From the NCBI GenBank assembly GCA_945859975.1, contig CAMAPH010000019.1, positions 1 to 49,619 of the forward strand: a stretch of DNA of 49,619 bases, read 5' to 3'. Source of the stretch: Chthonomonas calidirosea (GTDB lineage Bacteria > Armatimonadota > Fimbriimonadia > Fimbriimonadales > Fimbriimonadaceae). Shown here one piece after another: positions 16,932-26,144 of the stretch; the stretch's first letter is position 1, and each line of letters begins with the position of its first letter. The translations under genes were made by a program, and so were the position numbers. Under the pieces are notes generated by a model. That model had not been told where the DNA came from, did not search any database, and saw only the letters and a program-made list of their open reading frames with translations.

Positions 16932-19726
16932 ACGCCGAGCACCTGTCGATCCCGATCGGAAAGCAGAAACTCCTCCCGCTCAATGGAAATGCTCGTGACG
17001 TCCGGACGGCGCAAACGACTTCTCGCACACTCGGGATAGCTTGATGGAGCAAACGAAATCGCGGGTTCGCCAAGCGTCAGCTCTACCCAACTCACGCGGA
17101 AGTAGTTCGCCAAGTCGGAGATTGAGAACGAACTCATCACTCCGAATGTGTCGGCTGGCAAGACAAGCCGAACGATGGCGTCCTGGCTGTTTTTGATGCC
17201 GTCCGAACCCTTGTACTGCTCAAACGCAGAATTGACGGTGTCTCGGAGTCCGCGCAAGCTCTCGAACCGAGCCTGCAAAGGCGAACCCTCGATCTCCTGC
17301 AGTCGTTCAAGAGTTGGCGTTCGGAAGCGTTCCGTGTGGATCGACTGCTCTGCTGCGTTCAGACCAAGCTCTCGCATCTTCATCCAGGTCTCTTCTGCCG
17401 TGAAGGCAAGAATCGGTGCCACGAGGGTGAGCAACTGGTTCAGAACATACAGGCAAGTTGCCTGCCCCGAACGTCGGCTCGGCCAGTTCACGCCATCGCA
17501 GTACATTCGGTCCTTGATCGCATCCAGATAGAACTTCGACAGCTCTTCGCGACAGAAGTTGTGGATCGCGTTGATCACACCACCGAAGTCGAAAGCTTCG
17601 TACTTCTGGGCGCAATCGGCGGCGAGCAAATCGGCTTGTTCGCGAATCCATTCATCCAGTTCCGCCCAGGACCCTTCGGTCGTCGGCCCCTCGCTGGTGG
17701 CGTCATATCCCGCCGCGCTGCTCAACAAGAATCGAAGCGTGTTGCGCACGTTTCGGTAGCTGTCTCCGATCTGCTTAAGCAGGGCGTCCGAACACGGAAC
17801 ATCCGACTGGTAGTCCACGCTGGCAACCCAGTAGCGCAGAATGTCTGCCCCATACTGATTGGCCGCCGCCATCGGCTCGATGACGTTGCCCAGGCTCTTC
17901 GACATCTTTCGGCCTTCGCTGTCGGTGACAAATCCGTGGGTGACGACCGTTCGATAAGGCGCCGCACCCTTGATGGCGGTTCCGAGGATCAACGAGGTGT
18001 TGAACCAACCTCGATGCTGGTCCGAGCCTTCGAAGTACACGTCTGCTGGCCAGTGGAGACCTTGTGTCTTCCACTCTGGGGTCACCTGTGAGTCGAGCGT
18101 CACCAACGAAGATGACCCCGAGTCGAACCACACGTCCAGCGTGTCGGTTTCTTTCTCAAATTCCGTCTCACCGGTTTCCGGGTGCACGTAACCGTCGGGA
18201 AGAATTTGGCTGGCTTCAACCTCAAACCAAGCGTCCGATCCCCGCTCTTCGACCAACCGCGCCACCGCTTCGATCGCTTCTGGATCGAGTACCGGCACTC
18301 GCGATTCCTTTCCGTAGAACACCGGAATGCCAACGCCCCAGGGTCGCTGGCGTGAGATGCACCAGTCGGGACGATTTCGAACCATCGCCTCGATTCGGTT
18401 TTGACCCACCGGCGGAACCCACTGGACGCCTTGGATTTCTTCCAGCATCTGCTCCCGAATCGGGTCGATGCTGAGGAACCACTGCTCCGTTGCGCGGAAG
18501 ATCACCGGCTTACCGTCACGCTCCGCATACGGATAGGTGTGGTGATACGGTTCGCTCTTCAGTAACGCGCCGACTTCCTTCAGTCGATCCACCACCACGG
18601 TGTCGCAATCTTTGTAGTACGTGCCGGCGAACTCGCCCGCTTCGGCGGTAAGCACGCCTTTGCCATCCACGGTGTTAGGCACGGGTAGGCCGTACTTCTG
18701 ACCGGTGTAGAAGTCGTCCCGCCCGTGGGACGGTGCGGTATGAACCACACCCGTACCGTCTTCGGTGGTCACGTACTCCGCCATCACCACAACGGATGGG
18801 CGGTCAAAAATCGGATGCGAGAACGTGGCGTGATCGAAGTTGATTCCTTCTCGCGTGGCAACGATCTCAAATTCTGTCCAGCCGAGCTTCTCCGCAACGC
18901 GCTCAACCAGGGCCGAAACGATCAGATAATGATCCTCGCCAACCTTTACGATCGCGTAGTCAAGCTGCGGATGGAAGGCAACGGCGAGGTTCGCCGGAAT
19001 GGTCCAAGGCGTTGTCGTCCAGATGATTGTGTAGAGATTCTTGAACTCAGAGAAAATCTGGTTCGGATCGTCCCGCAGGGCAAATCGAACGTAGATGGAA
19101 GTCGAAACGTGATCGTGATAGACGATCTCCGTGTCGGCCAGAGCGGTTTGCGAAGTCGGGCTCCAAAGCGTTGGGCGAAGGCCCTTGTAGATGTGTCTCG
19201 CTTCAACCAGCTTCTTGAAAGTTCGGACCAGTTCCGCTTCGTACGTGTAATCCAGCGTGGCGTAAGGGTGCTTCCAAAGGCCCAGCACGCCGAGTCTTTC
19301 GAATTGCTCAGACTGAATTTTGATGTACTCGTACGCGTGCTCTCGGCACGCGGTCCTCAGGGCAGAACCGGTAACGGTTTCCTTCTTCGCCGCAAGCTTT
19401 TTCGTTACCGCAAGTTCAATCGGCAACCCGTGGCTATCGAATCCGGGCACGTAAGGCGCACGGTAGCCCATCATCGTTCGGCTCTTGACCGTAAAGTCTT
19501 TGAGAATCTTGTTGAGCGCCGTGCCCAAGTGGATGGGACTGTTGGTGTAAGGCGGGCCGTCGTGCAGGACGTAGCTCGGTGCGCCGTCTCGGCTGGCCAG
19601 AATCTGAGCGTAGAGGTCCCGCTCCTCCCAAATCGCCAAAATCGACGGCTCCAGGGCCGGCAAATTGGCCTTCATCGGAATCGTAGATTCAGCGTCGGGT
19701 AGTTGGAGAGTGCTCCGCAAATCCAT
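16928..19726 (-). CDS. ileS: Isoleucine--tRNA ligase (type 1)
   Basis: LHDGPPY, HLGT (HIGH), WTTTPWT, DWCISRQR, EGSDQHRGWF and KMSKS. Confidence 0.98.
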   Translation of the reverse strand: MDLRSTLQLPDAESTIPMKANLPALEPSILAIWEERDLYAQILASRDGAPSYVLHDGPPYTNSPIHLGTALNKILKDFTVKSRTMMGYRAPYVPGFDSHGLPIELAVTKKLAAKKETVTGSALRTACREHAYEYIKIQSEQFERLGVLGLWKHPYATLDYTYEAELVRTFKKLVEARHIYKGLRPTLWSPTSQTALADTEIVYHDHVSTSIYVRFALRDDPNQIFSEFKNLYTIIWTTTPWTIPANLAVAFHPQLDYAIVKVGEDHYLIVSALVERVAEKLGWTEFEIVATREGINFDHATFSHPIFDRPSVVVMAEYVTTEDGTGVVHTAPSHGRDDFYTGQKYGLPVPNTVDGKGVLTAEAGEFAGTYYKDCDTVVVDRLKEVGALLKSEPYHHTYPYAERDGKPVIFRATEQWFLSIDPIREQMLEEIQGVQWVPPVGQNRIEAMVRNRPDWCISRQRPWGVGIPVFYGKESRVPVLDPEAIEAVARLVEERGSDAWFEVEASQILPDGYVHPETGETEFEKETDTLDVWFDSGSSSLVTLDSQVTPEWKTQGLHWPADVYFEGSDQHRGWFNTSLILGTAIKGAAPYRTVVTHGFVTDSEGRKMSKSLGNVIEPMAAANQYGADILRYWVASVDYQSDVPCSDALLKQIGDSYRNVRNTLRFLLSSAAGYDATSEGPTTEGSWAELDEWIREQADLLAADCAQKYEAFDFGGVINAIHNFCREELSKFYLDAIKDRMYCDGVNWPSRRSGQATCLYVLNQLLTLVAPILAFTAEETWMKMRELGLNAAEQSIHTERFRTPTLERLQEIEGSPLQARFESLRGLRDTVNSAFEQYKGSDGIKNSQDAIVRLVLPADTFGVMSSFSISDLANYFRVSWVELTLGEPAISFAPSSYPECARSRLRRPDVTSISIEREEFLLSDRDRQVLGV

Positions 19727-19790
19727 GGACTTAGGATTGTACCGGCGAGGCCGAAATGTCCCGGACTTTCATCCAGTTGCAAGGAAACGC

Positions 19791-19827
19791 GCCTATTCGA
19801 CTGCAGCGTTGCGAGTCGAATTTAGGC
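19791..19827. terminator. Stem-loop overlapping the stop of the small ORF, possible terminator
   Basis: GCCTA-TTCGACT-GCA-GCGT-TGC-G-AGTCGAA-TT-TAGGC imperfect inverted repeat. Confidence 0.45.
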
Positions 19828-20025
19828 AGCGTATAGTTTTGGCTCACGACGAACGAATCCGATCAATCGGATTGCGCCCGCCTGGAGCATTTCTTGTGTG
19901 TCAGACGAAAGGTCAGATTCCCGTCGAACGTCGCCAACTTTTACCGGGAACGCAAACAGCGGACTGCTTGCATCGGCGACCTCATAAACCCCTTCGTACG
20001 ATTCGTGACGGTGGGGGTAGCTCAC
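19822..20025 (-). CDS. Small hypothetical protein (67 aa)
   Basis: Fills the gap between the pilin gene and ileS. TAGTAT lies 6 nt before the GTG, as for other leaderless genes here, and a hairpin sits at the stop. Confidence 0.55.
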   Translation of the reverse strand: MSYPHRHESYEGVYEVADASSPLFAFPVKVGDVRRESDLSSDTQEMLQAGAIRLIGFVRREPKLYAA

Positions 20026-20112
20026 ATATAGATACTAGTCTTTGGAAGGACAAACCTTGCGTGACCGTTTTTGGTGTCACACCATTTCTCTAAAAACTAG
20101 GAACAGTTTTTG

Positions 20113-20889
20113 CTATCCCTTGGCTCGCCGCAACCGCCAAACCAACTTTGCCGCTCCGGAAGACAATTGTTTAGATGTGAAAGCCTTTGCGCTGCCGTCC
20201 AAAAGGCCTATCACTGCTCGTCCGTCGTCTTGGCCGGTACTGCCGTATCGAGCGTAAACCGGACGAAGGGCCGTGCAGGGAAGCATTGGCAAGACCTTGA
20301 CCAGGTCCTTATCGGAGACTAGCGGCGGGGACATCGCAACGTCTTCTAGAAGTCGAGTTCCGTTGTTCGGCTCAAACTCGTGGCCGCAGTATCGCTGCTC
20401 GGGATCTCCGCCCGGGGTCGTCGCAAACAAAGCCGAGTTGCTCGGAATGGAGTCGAAGCTCAGTGACTTGCGGTAACCCTCACACGGAACGCCATCTGGA
20501 GATGTGCCCACGCAACCGGAACCGTTCGTGGCGGTATCTGCGTTCAGCCCCCAGCTCAAGAAGCCACGATCGCTATACCGACGGCTTGGCGGCGGAGTCG
20601 CACCCGGCGCCGTGAGTAAGGCATCCGACTTCAAATACTCTTTCAGGATCTCTGGCCAAACCTTTCGCAGGGCCTCCTTCTTGTTGTATGCCGTGGACGG
20701 TGGAGAATGACCATCGACGTCGACCGAATAAAGCAAAGCCGCTTCCGTGAGTTGCTTAGCATTTGACAGGGCAGCGGTCACTTGTCCGCCGACCTTTGCG
20801 CCGTTGATCACCGGAAAGAGGATCGCCGCAAGAAGGGCAATGATGCCGATGGCAAGCAAAATTTCTAATAGGGTGAATCCGCGTCTCAA
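20113..20889 (-). CDS. Prepilin-type N-terminal cleavage/methylation domain protein
   Basis: RRGFTLLEILLAIGIIALLAAILFPV; LSNAKQL; C-terminal LLDGSAK (variant of the H-X9-DG region). Confidence 0.9.
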   Translation of the reverse strand: MRRGFTLLEILLAIGIIALLAAILFPVINGAKVGGQVTAALSNAKQLTEAALLYSVDVDGHSPPSTAYNKKEALRKVWPEILKEYLKSDALLTAPGATPPPSRRYSDRGFLSWGLNADTATNGSGCVGTSPDGVPCEGYRKSLSFDSIPSNSALFATTPGGDPEQRYCGHEFEPNNGTRLLEDVAMSPPLVSDKDLVKVLPMLPCTALRPVYARYGSTGQDDGRAVIGLLDGSAKAFTSKQLSSGAAKLVWRLRRAKG

Positions 20890-21566
20890 GGCTCGTCCTC
20901 CGGCACTCGCTTCATCGCCTCGCCCGAAATCTTATAGCCCATGACCTTGGCTGCATTCTCGATTCCTCGCGTGCGGTTCATAAACAGCGCGGTGGAGTTC
21001 GGGAACGTCGCGACAACTTGATCTTCGGTAACGAAGTTCACCGTGCAGTCAACATCCACGGGAAAACTGTTTGATGGCATGGCGGAAACCGACCGCACGG
21101 CGAGCTTCCCGGCCAGCAACTTGTACTTTCCTTCCGCTTTCACCGGCGAAGGGCGTACCAGAATGTTCGCCTTAAAAGTTTCGTTCTTCGCGAAGCTAAA
21201 CAAGCCCTTGATGGTTTCCTCGCGAATCCCCATTGTGCTTTCAGGCGTCGGCGGATAGATGATTCGGTTCACTTCCCACTCGCCAACGATGCCTGGCTCC
21301 GAGGCGATTCCAAGTTGGGCTTTAAGCTTTGTGAAGCCATCTTTCCAAGGCTGGGCATAGGCTGTATAGGCCAGAGCCAGAAATCCAAAAGTGAAAGCCA
21401 AGAACGGCGTCCACGCTCCGGGTTCTTCGTACTTTGGCGCGGGAATGCGCTTGCGCTTTGGCAGCTTCGCGAGCCCGGCACCGATCGCCGTATAGCCACA
21501 CTTTCGGCATTTCTCGGCGCCCCGCGCCCATGAATCACCGCACTTCGGACACCGACCAAGATCCAC
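20886..21566 (-). CDS. Hypothetical membrane protein with an N-terminal zinc ribbon
   Basis: CPKC-x9-CRKCG, one TM segment, then IVGEWEV (beta-barrel-like start); 4-nt overlap with the pilin gene. Confidence 0.75.
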   Translation of the reverse strand: MDLGRCPKCGDSWARGAEKCRKCGYTAIGAGLAKLPKRKRIPAPKYEEPGAWTPFLAFTFGFLALAYTAYAQPWKDGFTKLKAQLGIASEPGIVGEWEVNRIIYPPTPESTMGIREETIKGLFSFAKNETFKANILVRPSPVKAEGKYKLLAGKLAVRSVSAMPSNSFPVDVDCTVNFVTEDQVVATFPNSTALFMNRTRGIENAAKVMGYKISGEAMKRVPEDEP

Positions 21567-21618
21567 GGAGAATAGTCTGCACCAATTGTGATAAGTTCGC
21601 TACCCCGCAAACTCTGAG

Positions 21619-22686
21619 CTAACCGGTCCGTGAACTCTGGACCGCTCCCGCAAGTTCCGCCAGAAGCGTTTCGGTCTCTGAAAGGCCAATGCAAGCATCC
21701 GTAATGCTTTGTCCATAGACCAACGGTTCGCCTGGCTTGGCATCCTGCCGGCCTTCAACCAGGTGGCTTTCGATCATAACGCCCAAAATTGCTTTCGAGC
21801 CAGAGCGGATCTGACCTGCGACGTCGCGTAGCACCGCCCCCTGCTTTCGATAGTCCTTACTCGAATTTCCGTGGCTGCAGTCGATCATCACGCGCTGCGG
21901 CAGACCGTTCTTCGCCAGCAACTCACAAGCCGCCGCAACGCTCTCCGCGTCGAAGTTTGGGCCAGATCGTGACCCGCCCCGCAGAATCACATGGCCATCG
22001 GTGTTTCCGGTGGTCTGAAAAATGGCTCCAACCGAATCCTTGGTAACGCTGGGGAACCAGTGCGATCTCCTCGCCGCCATGACGGCATCAACCGCGGCCT
22101 GCAAATTGCCATCCGTGGAATTTTTGAACCCAACCGGCATGCTCACGCCCGACGCCAACTCACGATGGACTTGACTTTCCGTCGTGCGCGCGCCGATCGC
22201 AATCCAACTGGTGAGGTCCGAAATGTGCTGGGGAATTTGTAAATCCAAAAACTCGGATGCCGTTGGCAATCCAAGTTCGTTCAGTTTCACCAGTAGCCCG
22301 CGCGCTCCGCGAAGGCCTTTGTTGATGTGGAAGCTCTCGTCTAAATCTGGATCGTTGATGTACCCCTTCCAACCAACCGTACTGCGAGGTTTCTCGAAGT
22401 AGGCGCGCATCACGATCAATAGTTCGTCGGCATACGTTTCGGCCATCGCCTTGAGCTGGTGCCCGTACTCCTCTGCCGATTCCAAGTCATGAATGCTGCA
22501 TGGCCCAACGACCACCACTTGACGAGAATCTTCACCGGAGATGATTTGGCTGATCGCCTTTCTCGTTGAACAAATCAGATCGCTCATTGCATCCGTGAGC
22601 GGAAGCTCTTCGATGAGAATTGCGGGCGGGATCAGCGGGCGAGTCGCGCTAATGCGAAGGTCGTCGGTAGGTTGGCGCGTTGGCAT
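21619..22686 (-). CDS. aroG: DAHP synthase, class I alpha (AroF/G/H type)
   Basis: GPCSIHD, RAYFEKPRSTVGWKG, IGARTTESQVHRELASG, DCSHGNS, SITDAC. Start placed at MPTRQPTDDLRI (22686). Confidence 0.93.
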   Translation of the reverse strand: MPTRQPTDDLRISATRPLIPPAILIEELPLTDAMSDLICSTRKAISQIISGEDSRQVVVVGPCSIHDLESAEEYGHQLKAMAETYADELLIVMRAYFEKPRSTVGWKGYINDPDLDESFHINKGLRGARGLLVKLNELGLPTASEFLDLQIPQHISDLTSWIAIGARTTESQVHRELASGVSMPVGFKNSTDGNLQAAVDAVMAARRSHWFPSVTKDSVGAIFQTTGNTDGHVILRGGSRSGPNFDAESVAAACELLAKNGLPQRVMIDCSHGNSSKDYRKQGAVLRDVAGQIRSGSKAILGVMIESHLVEGRQDAKPGEPLVYGQSITDACIGLSETETLLAELAGAVQSSRTG

Positions 22687-22765
22687 GAGAGATTTGGACG
22701 CCTCATATTCTGGCCGGAATCCAACATTCGAAACGACGCGAACCACACAGAGGTAATTTGTATCC

Positions 22766-25447
22766 ATGTTGCGTTCCCGTCTCATGTGGGCCGGCCTCCT
22801 TGCCGCGCTAACCGTTCCTGCCGCCGCGCAAGACGTCAAGGTTGAAAAGTACAAGTTGCCTAACGGGATGACGGTGATCCTCCACCAAGACAAAACCCTC
22901 CCCGTCGCGACCATCAACACTTGGTTCAAAGTCGGGTCCAAAGATGAGCCAGATCGCCGATCCGGATTCGCCCACCTGTTTGAACACCTAATGTTTATGG
23001 GCACCAAGCGGGTCCCACAGGGTCAGTTCGACGTCATCATGGAGACCGCCGGCGGCTCGAATAACGCCTCGACCACCCAGGATCGCACCAACTATTTCTC
23101 GTTCGGCCCGAGCAACCTTCTCCAAAAGCTCATTTGGCTGGACGCCGAGCGACTGGAAGCATTGGGCGAGAATATTGACCTCAAGAAACTCGACCTTCAG
23201 CGCGATGTCGTCAAGAATGAACGCCGACAGTCGGTCGAAAATGCCCCTTACGGCAAAGCCTACGACGCGATCAATCGGCTCATGTATCCGGCGGGCCACC
23301 CATACAGCTGGTCCGTCATCGGATCCATGGAAGACCTGACCGCCGCATCGGTTCCGGATGTTCAGCAGTTCTTCAGCACGTATTACGTTCCAAACAACGC
23401 ATCTATCGTGGTCGCGGGCGATTTCGACCCCACCCTCATCAAGCCCATCATTGCCCAACAGTTCGGCACCATCGCCCGTGGCAACGACGCGCCACGACGC
23501 AGCGTGCCCGACGCCAGCTTCAAGGGCGTTCGACGCCAAACGATGGTCGACACCGTAGATGCCGCCAAAACGATCATGGTCTGGCACAGCCCGGCCGCCT
23601 ACCGACCAGGAGATGCGGAACTTAACCTCGCTGCCGGAATCCTTGCCGATGGCGTTTCGAGCCGACTTTATCAGAAGCTTGTCGTGAAGGACAAAGTCGC
23701 CACGGAGGTCGCCGCCTTCCAACAATCTGGCCAGCTTGGTTCACTCTTCATCGTCGAGGCGACGGTTTCTGACGGCGTTTCTTTGGAACGCCTTGAAAGC
23801 GCGATTGATGCCACGCTTGCCGAGTTCAACGAGAACGGTCCGACCGCCCTTGAACTGAAGCAAGAAGCCGCGAAGATTGAGAAGCGGACTCTAGAGAGTC
23901 TTCAATCCATCGACAATAAGGCCGACAAGTTGAACGAATACGAGTTCTATTTCGGCGAGCCCAACTCGTTCAAGCGGGTTCTCGACATGTACCGCGGCGC
24001 AACCGTGGAGCAGGTCAAGGCCGTTTCTGCCGAAACCGTAAATCCGTGGAACCGACTCATCCTCCGCGTAATCCCGCAAGAACCGGCACCGAAAACCAAC
24101 CCGCGCGACAGCGCACCTGCGGCCGGAAGCCAAGCACCCTTCAGCCCGAAGGGACCGGTGGAACTTGTCCTCGACAACGGGATCAAGGTCTTCTACTGGC
24201 GACGCGAAGACTTGCCGATGATGAACGTCTCGACCGTCTTCAAGGGCGGAACGGACTCAGACACCCAAACCCAAGTTGGCCTGTCTGCGCTTACGGCATC
24301 GATGCTGACCCAAGGTGCAGGTACACGCACTTCGGCAGATTTTGCGGCTAGCTTGAATCTGCTGGGAGCCGAAATTGATACTAGCGTCAGCCACAGCACC
24401 ACGGCGGTAAACCTCTCGACCCTCACGCCAAACTTCGGCCGCGCGCTTGCGCTGTACGCTGATGCAATTGCTCGCCCGACCTTTGCGCCGAGCGAGTGGG
24501 AGCGCGTGAAGCGCGTGGAACTGGCTGATCTTGAGCAACAGAAATCAGACCCGTCATCCCTTGCCATCCGTGTCGGGACGCGTGAGTTCTTCGGCCCGAG
24601 CCATCCATTCGGACAAGTTTCGACCGAAGGAACCGTTGGAGCGTTGAGCGTTGCCGATCTCCGGTTCCGCCACGGGCTGACCTACCAGCCTTCGAATGCC
24701 GTCATCTTTGTTTCCGGCAACTTGCCCGGGCCGGCAGTGAAGTTCGAACTCAACAAAGCCTTCCGAAACTGGGCCAGCTCCGGCCGACAGGCCCCCGCGG
24801 TGACGTACCCGCCGCTCGTCAAGCAAGCCTTACGCGTGATCATCGTCGACAAGCCCGGCGCCGTGCAGTCGGTGGTTCGATTCTGGATGCCCGGCGTTCC
24901 GTACTCCAGCCCAGAGCGACTCCCGCTACAGGCTCTTGGATCAATCCTCGGTGGTTCGTTCACCAGCCGCTTGAACCAGAATCTCCGCGAAGACAAGGGC
25001 TACACCTACGGCGCCAATGCGCGCTTTACGTTTGAGCCAACCCTCGGCTACTTGTCGAGCGGTGCCTCCGTTCGCACCGATGTCACCGGAGCTTCGATCA
25101 AGGAATTCCTGGCCGAATTCAACCGATTCCGAAAGGAAGGGGTAACCGTCGATGAAACCGGCAAAGCGGTCGCGCTGCTTCAAACCAGCACGATTGAGTC
25201 TCTGTCCACCATGACCGGCCTCCTGAGCACCGCACGTCGTCTGTACGAGAATAACCGCGCCTTCGGCACGCTCGGCGAAGACATGACGGCGATTCGCGCT
25301 CTCACGGAGTCCGTCCTCGATGGACTGACCGAGCAGTCGGTCTTGCTAGAAAACGGAATCCTCGTGATTGTCGGCGATAAGCAGCAGATCCTGCCCCAGC
25401 TTGAGGGCTTGGGCCTACCGAAGCCCATCGAAATCGCGCCATTCTAA
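22766..25447 (+). CDS. Secreted M16 (pitrilysin/insulinase) family zinc peptidase
   Basis: Signal peptide; SGFAHLFEHLMF (HxxEH); NASTTQDRTNY; SRLNQNLREDKGYTYG in the second half. Confidence 0.95.
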   Translation: MLRSRLMWAGLLAALTVPAAAQDVKVEKYKLPNGMTVILHQDKTLPVATINTWFKVGSKDEPDRRSGFAHLFEHLMFMGTKRVPQGQFDVIMETAGGSNNASTTQDRTNYFSFGPSNLLQKLIWLDAERLEALGENIDLKKLDLQRDVVKNERRQSVENAPYGKAYDAINRLMYPAGHPYSWSVIGSMEDLTAASVPDVQQFFSTYYVPNNASIVVAGDFDPTLIKPIIAQQFGTIARGNDAPRRSVPDASFKGVRRQTMVDTVDAAKTIMVWHSPAAYRPGDAELNLAAGILADGVSSRLYQKLVVKDKVATEVAAFQQSGQLGSLFIVEATVSDGVSLERLESAIDATLAEFNENGPTALELKQEAAKIEKRTLESLQSIDNKADKLNEYEFYFGEPNSFKRVLDMYRGATVEQVKAVSAETVNPWNRLILRVIPQEPAPKTNPRDSAPAAGSQAPFSPKGPVELVLDNGIKVFYWRREDLPMMNVSTVFKGGTDSDTQTQVGLSALTASMLTQGAGTRTSADFAASLNLLGAEIDTSVSHSTTAVNLSTLTPNFGRALALYADAIARPTFAPSEWERVKRVELADLEQQKSDPSSLAIRVGTREFFGPSHPFGQVSTEGTVGALSVADLRFRHGLTYQPSNAVIFVSGNLPGPAVKFELNKAFRNWASSGRQAPAVTYPPLVKQALRVIIVDKPGAVQSVVRFWMPGVPYSSPERLPLQALGSILGGSFTSRLNQNLREDKGYTYGANARFTFEPTLGYLSSGASVRTDVTGASIKEFLAEFNRFRKEGVTVDETGKAVALLQTSTIESLSTMTGLLSTARRLYENNRAFGTLGEDMTAIRALTESVLDGLTEQSVLLENGILVIVGDKQQILPQLEGLGLPKPIEIAPF

Positions 25448-25451
25448 GCAC

Positions 25452-26141
25452 GTGATCATCCCGAACTATGTCCCGGAACCCATCGAGGTTCCGGGCAATG
25501 TTCACGACCTTCCGTACCGGCACAGGGTCGAATTCAATCGGCAGGTGATTTTTAGATTTGCGGCGAGCCTGACTCTGGCCCAGTTGGCCTCCGGTGTTGT
25601 TCCCGAGTTCGACCCTGTTTGGATGGCCGCGATTTATCTCGGCTGGACGATCATTCTAGGTCTCTTCCGCATCCTCTTTCGATCGCAGACCATCGAATCG
25701 AGAGTGACCGGGGCTAGCCTCGTCATCACCGTAGGTCTGCTGTCGCTGCTTCTGGCGACGATCCCTTTCGACGCCCGCCCGCTTGTCTTCGCGTCGATTG
25801 GGCTCGCCATCTACGCAGAATTCTCAAGACGCGACTTCAGCTATCCGCAGGCTTGGGTCTGGGGTGCACTGGGACTGGTGCTCGCGGATTGGCTACTTGG
25901 TGGAACAACTGGAAGACTGGCGCTCGCCCACGTATGCCTTTGGTATTACGTCATGTACGACATCTGGTGCATTCAGTATCGTCGCCGCTACCACGAGAGT
26001 TGGGCCGGGGCAAACGACGTCTTTCGCGACTTCATGAACATTTGGGGTTGGCTGGCACGAGTTGCCGCGCACTGGAAAAAGTACGGCCTGTGGCGTGATG
26101 TCCAAGAGGACATCACGCGCCGGCTCAATCCGGAGTCATAA
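25452..26141 (+). CDS. Polytopic membrane protein, divergent Bax inhibitor-1/YccA-like
   Basis: GTG start at 25452; RVEFNRQVI, RRDFS and YYVMYDIWCI...GANDVFRDFMNI resemble BI-1 family motifs. Confidence 0.6.
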   Translation: MIIPNYVPEPIEVPGNVHDLPYRHRVEFNRQVIFRFAASLTLAQLASGVVPEFDPVWMAAIYLGWTIILGLFRILFRSQTIESRVTGASLVITVGLLSLLLATIPFDARPLVFASIGLAIYAEFSRRDFSYPQAWVWGALGLVLADWLLGGTTGRLALAHVCLWYYVMYDIWCIQYRRRYHESWAGANDVFRDFMNIWGWLARVAAHWKKYGLWRDVQEDITRRLNPES

Positions 26142-26144
26142 ACG

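Noticed and set aside
18725..19702. 325-aa + strand ORF, and likewise 29845-31104 (419 aa) and 42477-43262
   Set aside because: They lie antisense to ileS, hflX and the M23 gene, as expected from GC-rich codon bias.
19727..20112. Possible tmRNA (LYAA end), T-box or c-di-GMP riboswitch upstream of ileS
   Set aside because: There are no tRNA-like ends or T-loop, no T-box UGGNACC antiterminator and no complete riboswitch consensus; ileS has TACAAT just 9 nt before its ATG.
22687..23007. N-terminal extensions in the ORF track for DAHP synthase (also prmC to 30010, the OMP to 31812, ftsX from 41275 and the pilin from 47754)
   Set aside because: They overlap other well-supported genes; downstream starts fit the family N-termini better.
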